64,000 nt of DNA from Octopus sinensis (lineage: Eukaryota): assembly GCF_006345805.1 (NCBI RefSeq), contig NC_043005.1:9548001-9612000 (forward strand), in the 5' to 3' direction. A program made the position numbers and the translations under genes. The notes beneath the pieces are model-generated. The model saw only the letters and a list, made by a program, of their open reading frames with translations. It did no database searches and was not told the DNA's origin. Positions 1-12,377 of the stretch are shown here, one piece after another (position 1 is the first letter of the stretch; every line of letters begins with the position of its first letter).

Positions 1-112
1 GTTATCACTAGCGATATCAAGATATAACTTTGTATTTTGTATTTTATGTGTAGATGTATATATATAGATGTACATGTATTATGTACACATATATATACAC
101 ATATATACATGC

Positions 113-154
113 ACTAGCACTATGACCCGGCAACGACGGGTCTTTAATGCTAGT
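113..154. other. Symmetric Helitron-type 3' terminus (hairpin with CTAG on both sides)
   Basis: ACTAGCA-ctat-GACCCG-gcaacga-CGGGTC-tttaa-TGCTAGT: hairpin followed ~8-9 nt later by CTAG|T when read on either strand. Confidence 0.45.
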
Positions 155-161
155 ATGTATA

Positions 162-534
162 CACTACCGTCAGAAATTAATTAGCACCCTTGATTTGCTC
201 AAGGTATGTGCTGTCACCTAGTGGCCATATCTCGAACTATTGCTTTGTTGCGAGTTCACTGTTGCGCAGAACGATGACGTAACTTTGTTTGCAGAGCAGT
301 TTGAGAGTCTACAGCCTTATAATGTTGACATAGCAGTGCAACAACAACTTGGAGTGCGGATGCAGACAAATCTTCCTTTGTTTAATAGATATAGGTAGCG
401 CCTCGCAAGGACCGAAATCACACCATACTAAGTTTTCTCATCGCGTAAGACGTTTTGAACAGCTCAAAGGTTAATTGATTTAACCTATTTAATGTAGAAA
501 TTTGAGAAGTGCTAATTAATTTCTGACGCAAGTG
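162..534. mobile_element. Tc1/mariner-type MITE
   Basis: TIRs CACTACCGTCAGAAATTAATTAGCAC (162-187) and GTGCTAATTAATTTCTGACGCAAGTG (509-534) with 2 mismatches, TA on both flanks, no ORF. Confidence 0.8.
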
Positions 535-544
535 TATATATATA

Positions 545-1865
545 TAAACTTAGATAAACTTAGATATGTTTCGATGAATGATTGGTCCAGGCCATGTCTA
601 ACTTAATAGCACCACCTGATAAGATTATTTAAATCCTGTTTAAGTCAAGTTTTGTTTATGGTCCATTCAAGTAGTGAGATTTTGTTGGCTGAGTTGTATC
701 CAATTATGGGTGGCTTCTCTGGTATTCCTTGAAGGAATCTATTCAGACTTCGTTTAAAGTTGATAGGATCCTGTTCCTCTTTGATCTCTTTCGGGACAAT
801 GTTAAATAGGGCAGGGCCTGTTGAGGAAAAGAAATTATGTTGTAGTGTACATGTATGTTGTGATCTTGAATTGGGCAGGGCACGTATGGCCCGTGGTCCC
901 AGTCTTGGATAAACTTTGAAGCTAATGTTCAGGTCGATTGGGCAAAGTTGGCGGTATATTCTCCACATCGTACAAATGATGTACCGCTCACGGCAACGCT
1001 GGAGAGGGTAACGTTTCAAGGCTTTAAGGCGATCCCAATAATCGAGAGCAGCCATGCCTTCAATGCGTTTAGTGAGTGCCCTCTGGGGTGACTCAATTCT
1101 GGAGATGTTTTGTCTTGTATGGGGAGACCACAGTGGGCAGCAGTATTCGATGTGTGGCCGCACAAAGGAGGAGAAAAGGGGTAGATGAATGACGACACTG
1201 AATCTGTGCTGGAAAGTTCTTAAGAGGACAGGAACATCCTACAAGCTATATCGACCTTCTTGTGATGATGTGCACTCCAACTGAGATCGTCATAACAATT
1301 ACACTCAGGTCTCTGATATTGTTAGAGGCTGTGAGCGGTTCCCCTGAAGGAAGAGTATGGCTTGTTTTATTTGAGGAATTTCTTCCAAAATGCATCAGCT
1401 CAAATTTTCCCTCGTTCAGTTGCATTTTGTTTCTCTCTGCCCATTGACTCACAGCATATAGATCAGACTGGAGTTGAGTTCGGTCTGCTTCTTCATTGAC
1501 GATTTGCTGGAGCTTCGTGTCATCAGCAAATATTTTCACTTTGCAGTAATGTACGACACTGGAAAGGTCGTTTATGTAGATTATGAAGAGTAGCGGACGC
1601 AAGACAGTCCCCTGGGGGACACCGCTGGTGACTTTTGCTGGGCTTGAGTGGACTCCATCAACTACAATATGTTGTGTTCTATTTGCTAGGAAATACTTGA
1701 TCCAGTGTAGAACTTTTCCACGGACTCCAACATTTGCCAATTTTGAGAGTAGGATATTATGGTCTACCCTGTTGAATGCTTTACTGAAGTCAAGGTATAT
1801 GACATCAGAGTTCAAACCTGTTCCCAAGGCTTTGAGTACATCTTCAATGTGGTGTAAGAGCTGTG
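545..1865 (-). mobile_element. 5'-truncated LINE, CR1/L2 group
   Basis: RT motifs plus C-terminal region. The 3' end finishes in a short repeat (TCTAAGTTTA x2) and the 5' end breaks at an (AT)n tract. Confidence 0.85.
645..1865 (-). pseudogene. Disrupted LINE reverse transcriptase (ORF2 C-terminal half)
   Basis: YLDFSKAFNRVDH, SGVPQGTVLRPLLFIIYIND, FADDTKL in ORF 1246-1917 and RPHIEYCCPLWSPH...DYWDRLKAL in ORF 645-1163. The frame is broken between them. Confidence 0.85.
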
Positions 1866-1988
1866 ATATATATAGATATATATATATATATAAATGTATG
1901 CATATATATATATACATATGTATATAAATATATGCATATAAATGTATATATATATATATGTATATACGTATATGTGTGTGTGTGTGTG

Positions 1989-2037
<49 letters not shown>

Positions 2038-2136
2038 CTTTTTTTAAAGCAGCAGAACATTCAACAAAACCTGTTACTCTGAGTGTGAAACTCAGAGTAA
2101 CAGGTTTTGTTGAATTTTCTGCTTCTTTAAATAAAG
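2038..2136. repeat. Near-perfect hairpin (47-bp arms, 5-nt loop)
   Basis: ...agcagaacattcaacaaaacctgttactctgagt-gtgaa-actcagagtaacaggttttgttgaattttctgct..., 3 mismatches over the arms. Confidence 0.85.
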
Positions 2137-2742
2137 CATATTACTCTACCACTGGTATTTGAGTACTCTTTTTTCTACCTTGTTTCACGTTTATGTGTTT
2201 ACTCCGGTATATATATATATATATATATATACGTGTGAGTGTGTAATGAAACTTTCAACTTTAGATCGAGCTGTAAAACGCTATAAAATCATTCTGTTAC
2301 CAAGGGAAGCTGCATTATATAAAACCAACAGAGTAACTCATTTTCCAAGATTATAATATATTGCAGTTATAAATAGCTAACTAATCTCATTCTAACTCCG
2401 AACTTCACTCCTTATTTCTCCCTCTCGCTCTGTCTCTCAGTTTCTTCTCCATCTCTCTCTCAGTTTTTGTCATCACTTTCCCTCATTTTCCTATCACTTT
2501 CCCTCTTTGCATATTTAAATAGCATATAATGCTTTTCTCTGAATATCTTCCGAACTAAATGTTGTAAATATTCGCAACGATCTCAGTTTTCGTCTTTGCT
2601 CAGAGGTGGAAAACAATTGTTTATATTCATCTGTTGTATTATATTGACCACCACAGTGATGGCAAATATTCTAATACTGTAATGTTCAAATTTTCATCTA
2701 TGTAAATATTGCATTGGAATATATATATACATATATATATAC

Positions 2743-2846
<104 letters not shown>

Positions 2847-2903
2847 TATATATATCAGGTGGCCAGCATGGGAATAAAAACCTTCAAAGGTACTAATTAT
2901 TAT

Positions 2904-3028
2904 TAAAATTATAATTTAGGGTATCTTAGAGATACCACCACGCTGGAAATAGCAGTCAAAACTTGACTCTAAAACCACGCTATTTCCAGTGTGGTGGTAT
3001 CTCTTAGATACCCTAAATTATAATTTTA
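2904..3028. repeat. Small foldback / MITE-like inverted repeat
   Basis: ~50-bp arms (2904-2953, 2979-3028) with 2 mismatches and a 25-nt spacer. Confidence 0.8.
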
Positions 3029-3037
3029 TATATACAC

Positions 3038-3110
<73 letters not shown>

Positions 3111-3640
3111 AAGTAAGATAGGGGTTATGTGTGCAACCCACTATGGGATATCATTTAGTGTGTGTATATATATATGTGTGTATGAATTTATGCATGCATA
3201 CATGTACGTATGTATGTGTGTATGTATGTACGTACACACACACAGAGATTTACATATATAAATGTGTGTCTATTAATATATCTTTCTATTCATCTCGCGT
3301 ATATTGAAGACATACAATGTACGTTTGGAGCATAAATATTTAACAACTAGATTTGCTAAGGCGTGAAAATAATTGGGCCATCACTAGTCGATCAACGCAC
3401 CATGTTTGACACCTTCACACAATAACCCTTACACATGTACATACATGCATGCAACATGTGTGTGTGTGCGTGTATGTGTAAATATGCACACGCACATACA
3501 CACATATATCGGATACATATGCCTGTATGCCTATACATGTTCAAGTATACATACATATATATTGCTCTTTTTGTGTACTTATATATGGAAACACTCAAAC
3601 ATTAAATCGATGGATAACTCAATACTAGTATTTTTTTTTT

Positions 3641-3829
3641 TTTACTTGTTTCAGTCATTTGACTGCGGCCATGCTGGAGCACCGCCTTTAGTCGAGCAAA
3701 TCAACCCCGGGACGTATTCTTTGTAAGCCCAGTACTTATTCTTTCGGTCTCTTTTGCCGAACCGCTAAGTAACGGGGACTTAAACACACCAGCATCGGTT
3801 GTCAAGCAATGCTAGGGGGACAAACACAG

Positions 3830-3886
<57 letters not shown>

Positions 3887-4073
3887 CAAACACATACATA
3901 TATATATACATATATACGACAGGCTTCTTTCAGTTTCCGTCTACCAAATCCACTCACAAGGCATTGGTCGGCCCGGGGCTATAGCAGAAGACACTTGCCC
4001 AAGGTGCCACGCAGTGGGACTGAACCCGGAACCATGTGGTTGGTTAGCAAGCTACATACCACACAGCCACTCC
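3641..4073 (-). mobile_element. tRNA-derived SINE family A
   Basis: tRNA-like head, CORE-like CCAAGGGCAAGTG-type segment (consensus CTTGGGCAAGTG), central (AT)/(GT) tract, tail CATGGCCGCAGTCAAATGACTGAAACAAGTAAA. Nine related copies in the window. Confidence 0.9.
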
Positions 4074-4259
4074 ATATATATTTATTTTAAGGAGATAAGG
4101 TTTTAAGTGAATTTAAGTTTCTTACTACTGCTGAGCTTCCGTCATTTTGCTGGGACTTAATTCACATCTTCTAATCTAATTTTTAATTAACGTATTTTTC
4201 TTTAAGCGTTAGGGTGTTCATGGTGACACAGGGCCGATGTTTATAAACGCTTGATATAA

Positions 4260-4683
4260 GGCGGCGAGCTGGCAGAAACGTTAGCGCGCCGGGTGGAATG
4301 CTTAGTGGTATTTCGTCTGTCGTTACGTTCTGAGTTCAAATTCCGCCGAGGTCGACTTCGCCTTTCATCCTTTCGGGGTCGATAAATTAAGTACCAGTTT
4401 CGCACTAGGGTCGATGTAATCAACTTCATCCCCGTTTGTCTGTCCTTGTTTGTCCCCTCTTTGTTTAGCCCCTTGTGGGTAATAAAGAAATAGGTATTTC
4501 GTCTGTCGTTACGTTCTGAGTTCAAATTCCGCCGAGGTCGACTTCGCCTTTCATTCTTTCGGGGTCGATAAATTAAGTACCAGTTTCGCACTGGGATCGA
4601 TGTAATCGACTTAATCCTTTTGTCTTTTGTCTGTCCTTGTTTGTCCCCTCTATGTTTAGCCCCTTGTGGGTGGTAAAGAAATA
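4260..4683 (+). mobile_element. SINE family B, head-to-tail dimer
   Basis: A-box-like GGCGAGCTGGCAGAA and B-box GTTCAAATTCC, Deu/Nin-like GCCTTTCATCCTTTCGGGGTCGATAAA. Second, headless unit starts at 4494. Confidence 0.9.
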
Positions 4684-5104
4684 TATATACGATAGATATG
4701 GTTTGAAGGAGATTATAGTGGGTAACTACATCTGATGCATAACAAGAAGCTAAGTAAAAATATGCAAGGAAATAAATCTCCAAGTTGGGGATAAGAGAAA
4801 ATGAGACTAAAGATCATTCTTCTTGTTTCACACAAGATTCTATTGGCTTGATAGCCATAAATCTTTCAAAGAATAAAAATTGCTGTCAATATTCTTTCCT
4901 TACTACCCCCGCCCATGGACGTATATTTTCTATAATTTCCTCTCCACCTTTTTCTTATAAAACCACTCCTATTGTTTCACTACAAATTCACTTATACCAC
5001 ACCAAATAGTTACGTGCATGTTTTCAACCACCAGTTAAATCTCCAAATATATATTTATGAAACTTAAGATTTCCAAACCAACTAAACCAAACCAAACTCA
5101 TTGT

Positions 5105-5154
<50 letters not shown>

Positions 5155-5931
5155 AATTTATACGGCTATTTCTGTCCGTTATTCGTCTGTCTGTTACCAT
5201 CTTACTGCGCAAACCAGGGAACCAATCTTCACCAATCTTTGTACACATATTGAACTAACATCCAGTTCAATTATATGCTAATTGTATTTCAATAAAAATC
5301 TATAATGGATCGGCTACGAGGGTTGGGGTTATTACATGACAAAGATAAAATGAGAGGGTTGCAAAAATGTTTGGTTCAGAGAAATGTAGCATAAAGAGGG
5401 TCGGCGATATCAGGGGAAGGGAAGAGACAAGAAGAGATAAACACACAAGTAATGTGAGAGACATACAGAGAGAACGACAGACAGGGACACTACCATATAT
5501 ATAAAAGACAGTTTGTTTGTATGAGTGTGTGTTCGTGTGGCGCGCGTATCTTCCTTCTGCTTCCGAAAACTGAGTTGCCGATTTTCATTTATGGATACGA
5601 AAGATTCAGTAATCTTACGACTACCGAATAAACTTTATTTTCATTTACATATTTGCATTACAAACATTTTACATTACAATCTTTTCTATAAGTCAACTAT
5701 CGTAAACATTTTATACCTCGACGACAACGACGACAACGTTACATTTTCTATATGAATATGTACCTTAAAAGACATATATTTCTCTATACGTTGTAACGAA
5801 ATACAATCAGTCTCTCTCTCTCTCTCTCTCACATGCTTCGGACACTCACAAATATATACAAAACGATGTATGTATATATAGACCTTGTATACGGGTCACT
5901 GTTTAGATAAGTATGCCTGTGTGTATATGTA

Positions 5932-5974
<43 letters not shown>

Positions 5975-6456
5975 ATATATTATTATATATATATATATGT
6001 GTGTGTGTGGGGGGGTGCTTAAGCTTACGTTGCAAAGTACACATAATAAATATGTGATGTCATTAATTTATAATTGCAAGCAAATGCACAGAAAACTCTA
6101 CTGCTCACTGATATTAATATTAATTGAAACTTGGCAGACTACATATAAATAATGCTTCAGTTTTATATACACCGCCATATTCCATAATCTGCTTCACAAT
6201 AGGCTATCTTCACCTAATAGTAATACATATCTTTTGTCATGAAATATCACACCCTGTTGCTAAAACTGCTATGCTGACTGCTACTTTTCCTATATTAACT
6301 ATTGAACAGTCAATGATAACAATGCATTGTATTTTGTTGCCTTATAACAATACATCGAGGAAATCGCACAATAAAACTAATATTGTATTATTTTCATATT
6401 CATATTTAGATCAGATAAACACATAATATTGTGCGTATATACATACATATACGCAC

Positions 6457-6537
<81 letters not shown>

Positions 6538-6645
6538 AGTATATATGTGTATTCCTGTATAATAATTTTTACAGGTATGCAAATCATATTTATTTAAATA
6601 TTGAGCATGTTCTATGCATAACTGTTGTATATGTGTAGATGTGTG

Positions 6646-6681
<36 letters not shown>

Positions 6682-6764
6682 CATGTATTTCTTTATGTAC
6701 ACACATCACAAGCAAACATGCATAAACTCATACATATTCATATATAAATATATATGTGTGTATG

Positions 6765-7560
6765 TAGAGGGGTTGGACAACATAACAGAAACACCTTAAA
6801 ATTTGAAACAAATTTATCCTAAAATGGAGTAGGACCGCCTTTGGCAGTAATTACAGTTTGAATTCTATGAGGTATGAACTCCGACAAAGTTTGAATTGTT
6901 TCCAAAGGAATGTTTGTCCATTCTTCAGCTAAAAGTTTCCAGTTCTTGTAGTGATGATATCGACTCCTTGCTTTTCGAAAATGCACCATAAATGTTCAAT
7001 AATATTGAGATCTGGGGACTGCGGTGGCCAGATAAGATGTTCAACTTCACGAGAATATTCCTCGTGCCATTCAGTAACAACTTTAGATGTGTGAATTGGT
7101 GCATTATCATACTGAAAGATTGCGTTTCTCTGCAGAAGCAGTTCCGCAACCATAGGATGAATTTGGTAAGATAAAACGCTTAAATAGTCTTGAATATTAA
7201 TTCTGTCATGAAGGGATCCCATTGGGCCAGCGGATTTCCATGATATAACCCCCACCCCAGATTATCACAGATCATCCTCCATGTTTAACACTTGGATCTA
7301 ATGCATCATTTGGCTGTTTTCACACGTATACTCGGCCGTTGGTCGGAAATATGGTAAATGTTGACTCGTCCGAGAAAATAACATTCTTCCACTGCTCTGG
7401 GGACCAATTCTGTAGGTTTTTACTCCACTTTGAACGCTTTGCAACGTATATTTTTGAAAGTAGTGGTTTTCCGATTGCAGTATTTGCGTGAGATCCGGCT
7501 TTGTGCAGCTCCCAGCAAACAGTTTTTGTTGAAACTGGGTTCGCGAGGTGGCCATTAAGC
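6765..7560 (-). mobile_element. Tc1-like transposon remnant with DD36E spacing
   Basis: WKNVIFSDESTF (~7357-7395), QYDNAPIH, WPPQSPDLNIIEHLW. One terminal TA-GAGGGGTTGGACAA end near 6765, frameshifted, other end not found. Confidence 0.85.
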
Positions 7561-7595
7561 TCTCACTACATGGGCAATTATGTCGATGTATGAAT

Positions 7596-7950
7596 AGGCC
7601 CGAAATTTTTGGGAAGGAGGCCAGTGGATTAGATCGACCCCAGTATGTAACTTATACTTAATTCATCTACTCCCGAAGGGATGAAAGGCAAAGTCGACCT
7701 CGGCGGAATTTGAACTCAAATTATAAAGACAGAAAAAGTACCTATTTCCACAGAGGAGACAAACAAGGACAGATAAACGGATAAAGTCAATTATATCGAA
7801 CCCAGTGCGTAACTGGTACTTATTTAATCGTCCCCGAAAGGATGAAAGGCAAAGTCGACCCCGTCGGAATTTGAACTCAGAACGTAGCGGCAGACGAAAA
7901 ACGCTAAGCATTTCGCTCGGCGTGCTAACGTTTCTGTCAGCTCGCCACCT
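7596..7950 (-). mobile_element. Composite SINE family B (B unit followed by a unit with the B' tail)
   Basis: Two GGATGAAAGGCAAAGTCGACC blocks, head at 7950, left end matches the TTTCGGGCC tail of the 18469 copy. Confidence 0.75.
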
Positions 7951-8607
7951 TGGATATAGGAATATAATGTGTCATTAGAGCTTAAACTTTCCTGCTTGAA
8001 TAAATATTTAAAAGAAGAATCGAAGAGACCCCGTGAAATCAATAATATTAATTTTACTCAACTATACATATAGAGGCCCTTCCTAGGTAATGGATTTGTT
8101 TTCTGCAAGTTGATCGATAATAGCAAATAATACTCGCATACGCATACACACATATACATGTACACTATTTGTATTCATGCGTAATATATATGTGTGAGAG
8201 ATGCGTTTGTTATTGGGGGTGTGTGTATATATATAAATTTTATGTTGATAGAGATATAAATATATTTTCAAAGTGAGAGAGGGTTCGAGAAAGAGAGAGA
8301 GAGAGAGAAAGAGAGACACACACACACACACACAGACAAGGAGAGAGGGAAGTGAGAGAAATAGCGACAGACAGACTGGGGGAAGTAGAATATTTTGTCA
8401 GACAATTATTGAGCGCTTCTAATAAAATTAGGAATAAGTTTTACAGTGGAGAAATGTCGAGACACAGATACATAGACACACAAACATGCATATACACAAA
8501 ATCTTGCACATAGAAATATATACATCCTAACTATACACAATGACACATGCATAATACGTAGACACATACAAACACACAAAAACACGGCAGATGCATATTA
8601 TAAAATA

Positions 8608-9007
8608 CTAGCAGTATCGCCCGGCGTTGCTCGGGTTTGTAAGGGAAATAACTATATAAGCATTTTTAGAGATGTAAAGTATAATAGCCATCTCAATATG
8701 GCTAACCACAAAGGGGGAGGTTGTTACTGTAGCTTTTTACGTTCTGAGATTTAATAATAAATTTTTAGAGAGTTACTTCCCTTATATATGCCAAAAATGC
8801 ATTAAAAATGGGAAAAATTGATGGTAATTGTTTTTTTAAATCGTAGACTCATCGTAGACGCGCGCTAATACCCAGAAGGGCTCGATATGAATCACGACTA
8901 TAAGATACCCGGTTTTGGTTAAACTGCACCACAAAATGTGGGAGTGGTTAGGAATCTAAATCGTAGGGGACAGACAGCACACAACCTCACTTTTATATAT
9001 ATAAAGA
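8608..9007 (-). mobile_element. Non-autonomous Helitron
   Basis: 5' A|TC, 3' hairpin CCCG-AGCAACGC-CGGG then CTAG|T, no TSD. Near-identical to 15522-15883 and 59473-59866. Confidence 0.85.
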
Positions 9008-9267
9008 TATAAATTCAAATTATCTTCAGTCTGTTTTGCACCGAGGACTAGAAAGACAACGATGATATAACTGTCTTCAAATTAACAACTATTGTTGAAA
9101 GCTTCAGTTTCGTCTGCTCTCATTAACTAGTTCCATAATTGCAACACTGAGAAACTGAAATAATTATTAATTTTTTTCTATGAATATCTGATTTATCTAT
9201 TAAACATGTAAAAACGCATATAGAAATAATTATGTGTCTTTGTGTTTGTGTTTGTGTATAGATAGAT

Positions 9268-9312
<45 letters not shown>

Positions 9313-9388
9313 GTGTGATTTATCCTTATATAAATGCATATATATACTTGTACAATATGCCTTTATATAAGTGTGCATGCATGCATGC

Positions 9389-9479
<91 letters not shown>

Positions 9480-9480
<1 letters not shown>

Positions 9481-9643
9481 TTCGACAGGCTTCTTTCACT
9501 TTCCGTCTACCAAATCCAATCACAAGGCTTTTGTCGGCCCGAGGCTACAGTAGAAGACACTTGCCCAAGGTGTCAAGTAGGGGGACTGAACCCGGAACCA
9601 TGTGGTTGGTAAGCAAGCTACTTACCACGCAGTCACTCCTACG

Positions 9644-9645
<2 letters not shown>
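9480..9645 (-). mobile_element. SINE family A, 5' half
   Basis: Head and CORE-like part only, ending in the central (AT)n tract. Confidence 0.85.
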
Positions 9646-9682
<37 letters not shown>

Positions 9683-9796
9683 CAATTAAGGACAACTACT
9701 TAATAAGGAAAACTTAACAAGAAATTGTCAGGTAGATAGCGTAAAAACCTCATAAGAGAAAAAATTTCGAAAATAATTATTTCTTATTGAACATAT

Positions 9797-9970
9797 TAAT
9801 TTATATATAGAGGGCATTATACATACATGCCAGAAGGCATTATACATACATGCCAAACGCTAAGAGGGACAATTAGTCATTTCTACCAAAAATATTGTCC
9901 CTCTTAGCGTTTGGCATGTATGTATAATGCCTTCTGGCATGTATGTATAATGCCCTCTATATATAAATTA
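9797..9970. repeat. Perfect 77-bp inverted repeat with internal subrepeats
   Basis: Arms 9797-9873 and 9894-9970 are exact reverse complements with a 20-nt spacer. Each arm has 2x GGCATTATACATACATGCC. Confidence 0.95.
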
Positions 9971-10049
9971 TATATATATATATATAATATATATATATAC
10001 ACATATATATATATACATATATGTATGTATATATGTATATCTATGTATG

Positions 10050-10085
<36 letters not shown>

Positions 10086-11493
10086 CGTACATTTGAATAT
10101 GTATATATATATATACCTGTACGTAAGTATGTATATATATAACGACAAGTACACCCACACACATAGAAGCACTTATAATATATCCACGATTGCACCTTTA
10201 AACAGGTTCCGCTGCAATTATTGATAAGTGTTCAATAAAATCATTTTATTATTGTCATTATTTTTTTAGCATTATTTATGATCGTTCTTATCGTCATCAT
10301 CATGGCCATCGTGACGATCGTTATCATCATCATCAGCAGCAGCAACAACAGCAGCAGCAGTATTAGTAGTAGTAGTAGTCCATTCTCAAGTACATTTTTA
10401 TAGATTTCCTATAATTTTTCTCTGAACTTGCTCCCATTTTGATGTGTTGCCAGGACCTACTTCCATCTCTGCGTAGAGAAAAGGAAGCCTCCTATGTAGC
10501 CTTGATAAATACATTTGGTACGTTTGTTGTTTTTGTTATCAGCTCTGTTTGAGAAAACCCTTGATTGAAAACGATCACGCTTTGAATATTCCATCGGTTT
10601 CTTCAAACATAGGACTTTATTACTGAACGCGTTACGTTTGCTCTTTTAACGGCAGTTCATTATTTGTGGAAGACTTGGCTGCTATTTCTAGCAGTATGAT
10701 TGATCACAATGAATCGACCACGTTGACCAGCGTGGGAGGCATAAAACAATAACCGATTGTTAATAAAATGTGTGAAGCGGGTCAAAGAAATCGATATTGC
10801 TTTCTCTATTCTCCTTAGTGTTTCTGTTTATGTCAATCAGCTTCTACTAGAGACTCGAGAAAGTGTGTGGTTGGATTTTAAAACTTGCGGCAACTAATTT
10901 CGCTTCTGCCTTACATGTTTAATGTGTTGTATGCGGCCATTTAATACATGAATTGCTGGCCTCCCGGATGTTGAAACAAATGTCGTGGCGGTCAATTAAT
11001 CGGCTGCAAAGTTTAATGATTAAATAGAAAGTTATTGTCCTGGCTCAGAGCCTATGTGTTGCAGGATAGGTGTGTGTCTCTCTTTCTGTGAGTATTTGCT
11101 TTTATTGTCTTCAATAGCCATTCTGTTAGGCTTTACTTTTATTTGTGTAAATATGGTAAAAAAACAACGAAGAATAGTTCTCGGTTTCAAATTTCAAATT
11201 TCAAAGTTCTTTGGTGCTTTGGAAATTTTCAAATAAATTCCTTCCCTAGGGGTCCAGAGGTGGTACATTGTTAGAATAGTTAGTTCGACGATGAAGTGCA
11301 TTGCGGAATTTAAGTTCCGGATGTTCAGTTTGGGTGTTCAAATACCACTGATGTCAACTTGGGTCTTCCTTCCGGTCATCGTAGTCGTGTGAATAGAAAC
11401 GGAGATCGAGCGAGAATGCCGCCCGTCCCACAAAACAAAAAAGATGGACAGCTGAAGGCCATGTGTGAGTCATCGTTTCCAATGGAGGTCGAA

Positions 11494-12200
11494 GGAGAAG
11501 AAGAGGAAGGGGAGGAAGATGAAGGAGAAGAAGAAGAAGAAGAAGGAGGAGGAGGAGGAGGAGGAGGAAGGTGAGGAGGACGGGGGGAGGGGAAGAAGAA
11601 GGTGAGGAGAAGGACGAGGGGAAGAGGAAGAAGACGAAGGTGGAGGAGGAGTGGAAAGAGATGGTGGAGGGGAGGAGGTAATGAGGGAGAAAAAGAAAAA
11701 GAAGAAGGAAGTGAGGAGAAGCATGAGGGGAAGGGGAAGAAGACGAAGGTGGAGGAGGAGGATGGGAAAGAGATGGTGGAGGGGAGGAGGTAATGAAGAA
11801 GAAGAAGAAAAAGAAGAAGGAAGTGAGGAGAAGGACGAGGGGAAGAGGAAGAAGACGAAGGTGGAGGAGGAGTGGAAAGAGATGGTGGAGGGGAGGAGGT
11901 AATGAGGGAGAAAAAGAAAAAGAAGAAGGAAGTGAGGAGAAGCATGAGGGGAAGGGGAAGAAGACGAAGGAGGAGGAGGAGGAGGGGAAGAGATGGTGGA
12001 GGGGAGGAGGTAATGAAGAAGAAGAAGAAAAAGAAGAAGGAAGTGAGGAGAAGGACGAGGGGAAGAGGAAGAAGACGAAGGTGGAGGAGGAGGGAGGGGA
12101 AAGAGATGGTGGAGGGGAGGAGGGAATGAAGAAGAAGAAGAAGAAAAAGAAAAAGAAGAAGGAAGTGAGGAGAAGGTCAAGGGGAAGAAGAAGAAGAAGA
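11494..12200. repeat. Polypurine tandem repeat, ~110-bp units arranged as A/B dimers
   Basis: GGTAATGA recurs at ~110-bp spacing, alternating GGGAGAAAAAG and AGAAGAAG continuations. Confidence 0.85.
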
Positions 12201-12377
12201 ACAACAACAACAACACCTGCAACAACAACAAAAAATACAGAGTGATGAACAAGTCCTTATTTAGAAAATATGATTTGTATGGTGGCAACGGTTTTTGTGG
12301 TTGTGATTTGTTGAGGAGAAAATTATAAACATTGTGTATTATTACAAGTGTCGTGAAACTCTGAGAAGACTTTTTCA

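Noticed and set aside
4241-4783. Recurrent ORF peptides such as RPRKDERRSRPRRNLNSER and GFFQFPSTKSTHKALVGP
   Set aside because: Antisense or sense translations of SINE B and SINE A; the recurrence reflects repeat copy number
5155-5800. Segment resembling a Helitron 5' interior (TGTCCGTTATTCGTCTGTCTG...ACCAATCTTCACCAA)
   Set aside because: No hairpin-CTAG 3' end or second copy found, so it cannot be delimited
10400-11350. Possible LINE RT remnant on the minus strand
   Set aside because: Only a vague resemblance to a K.PGPDG motif; no second motif in register
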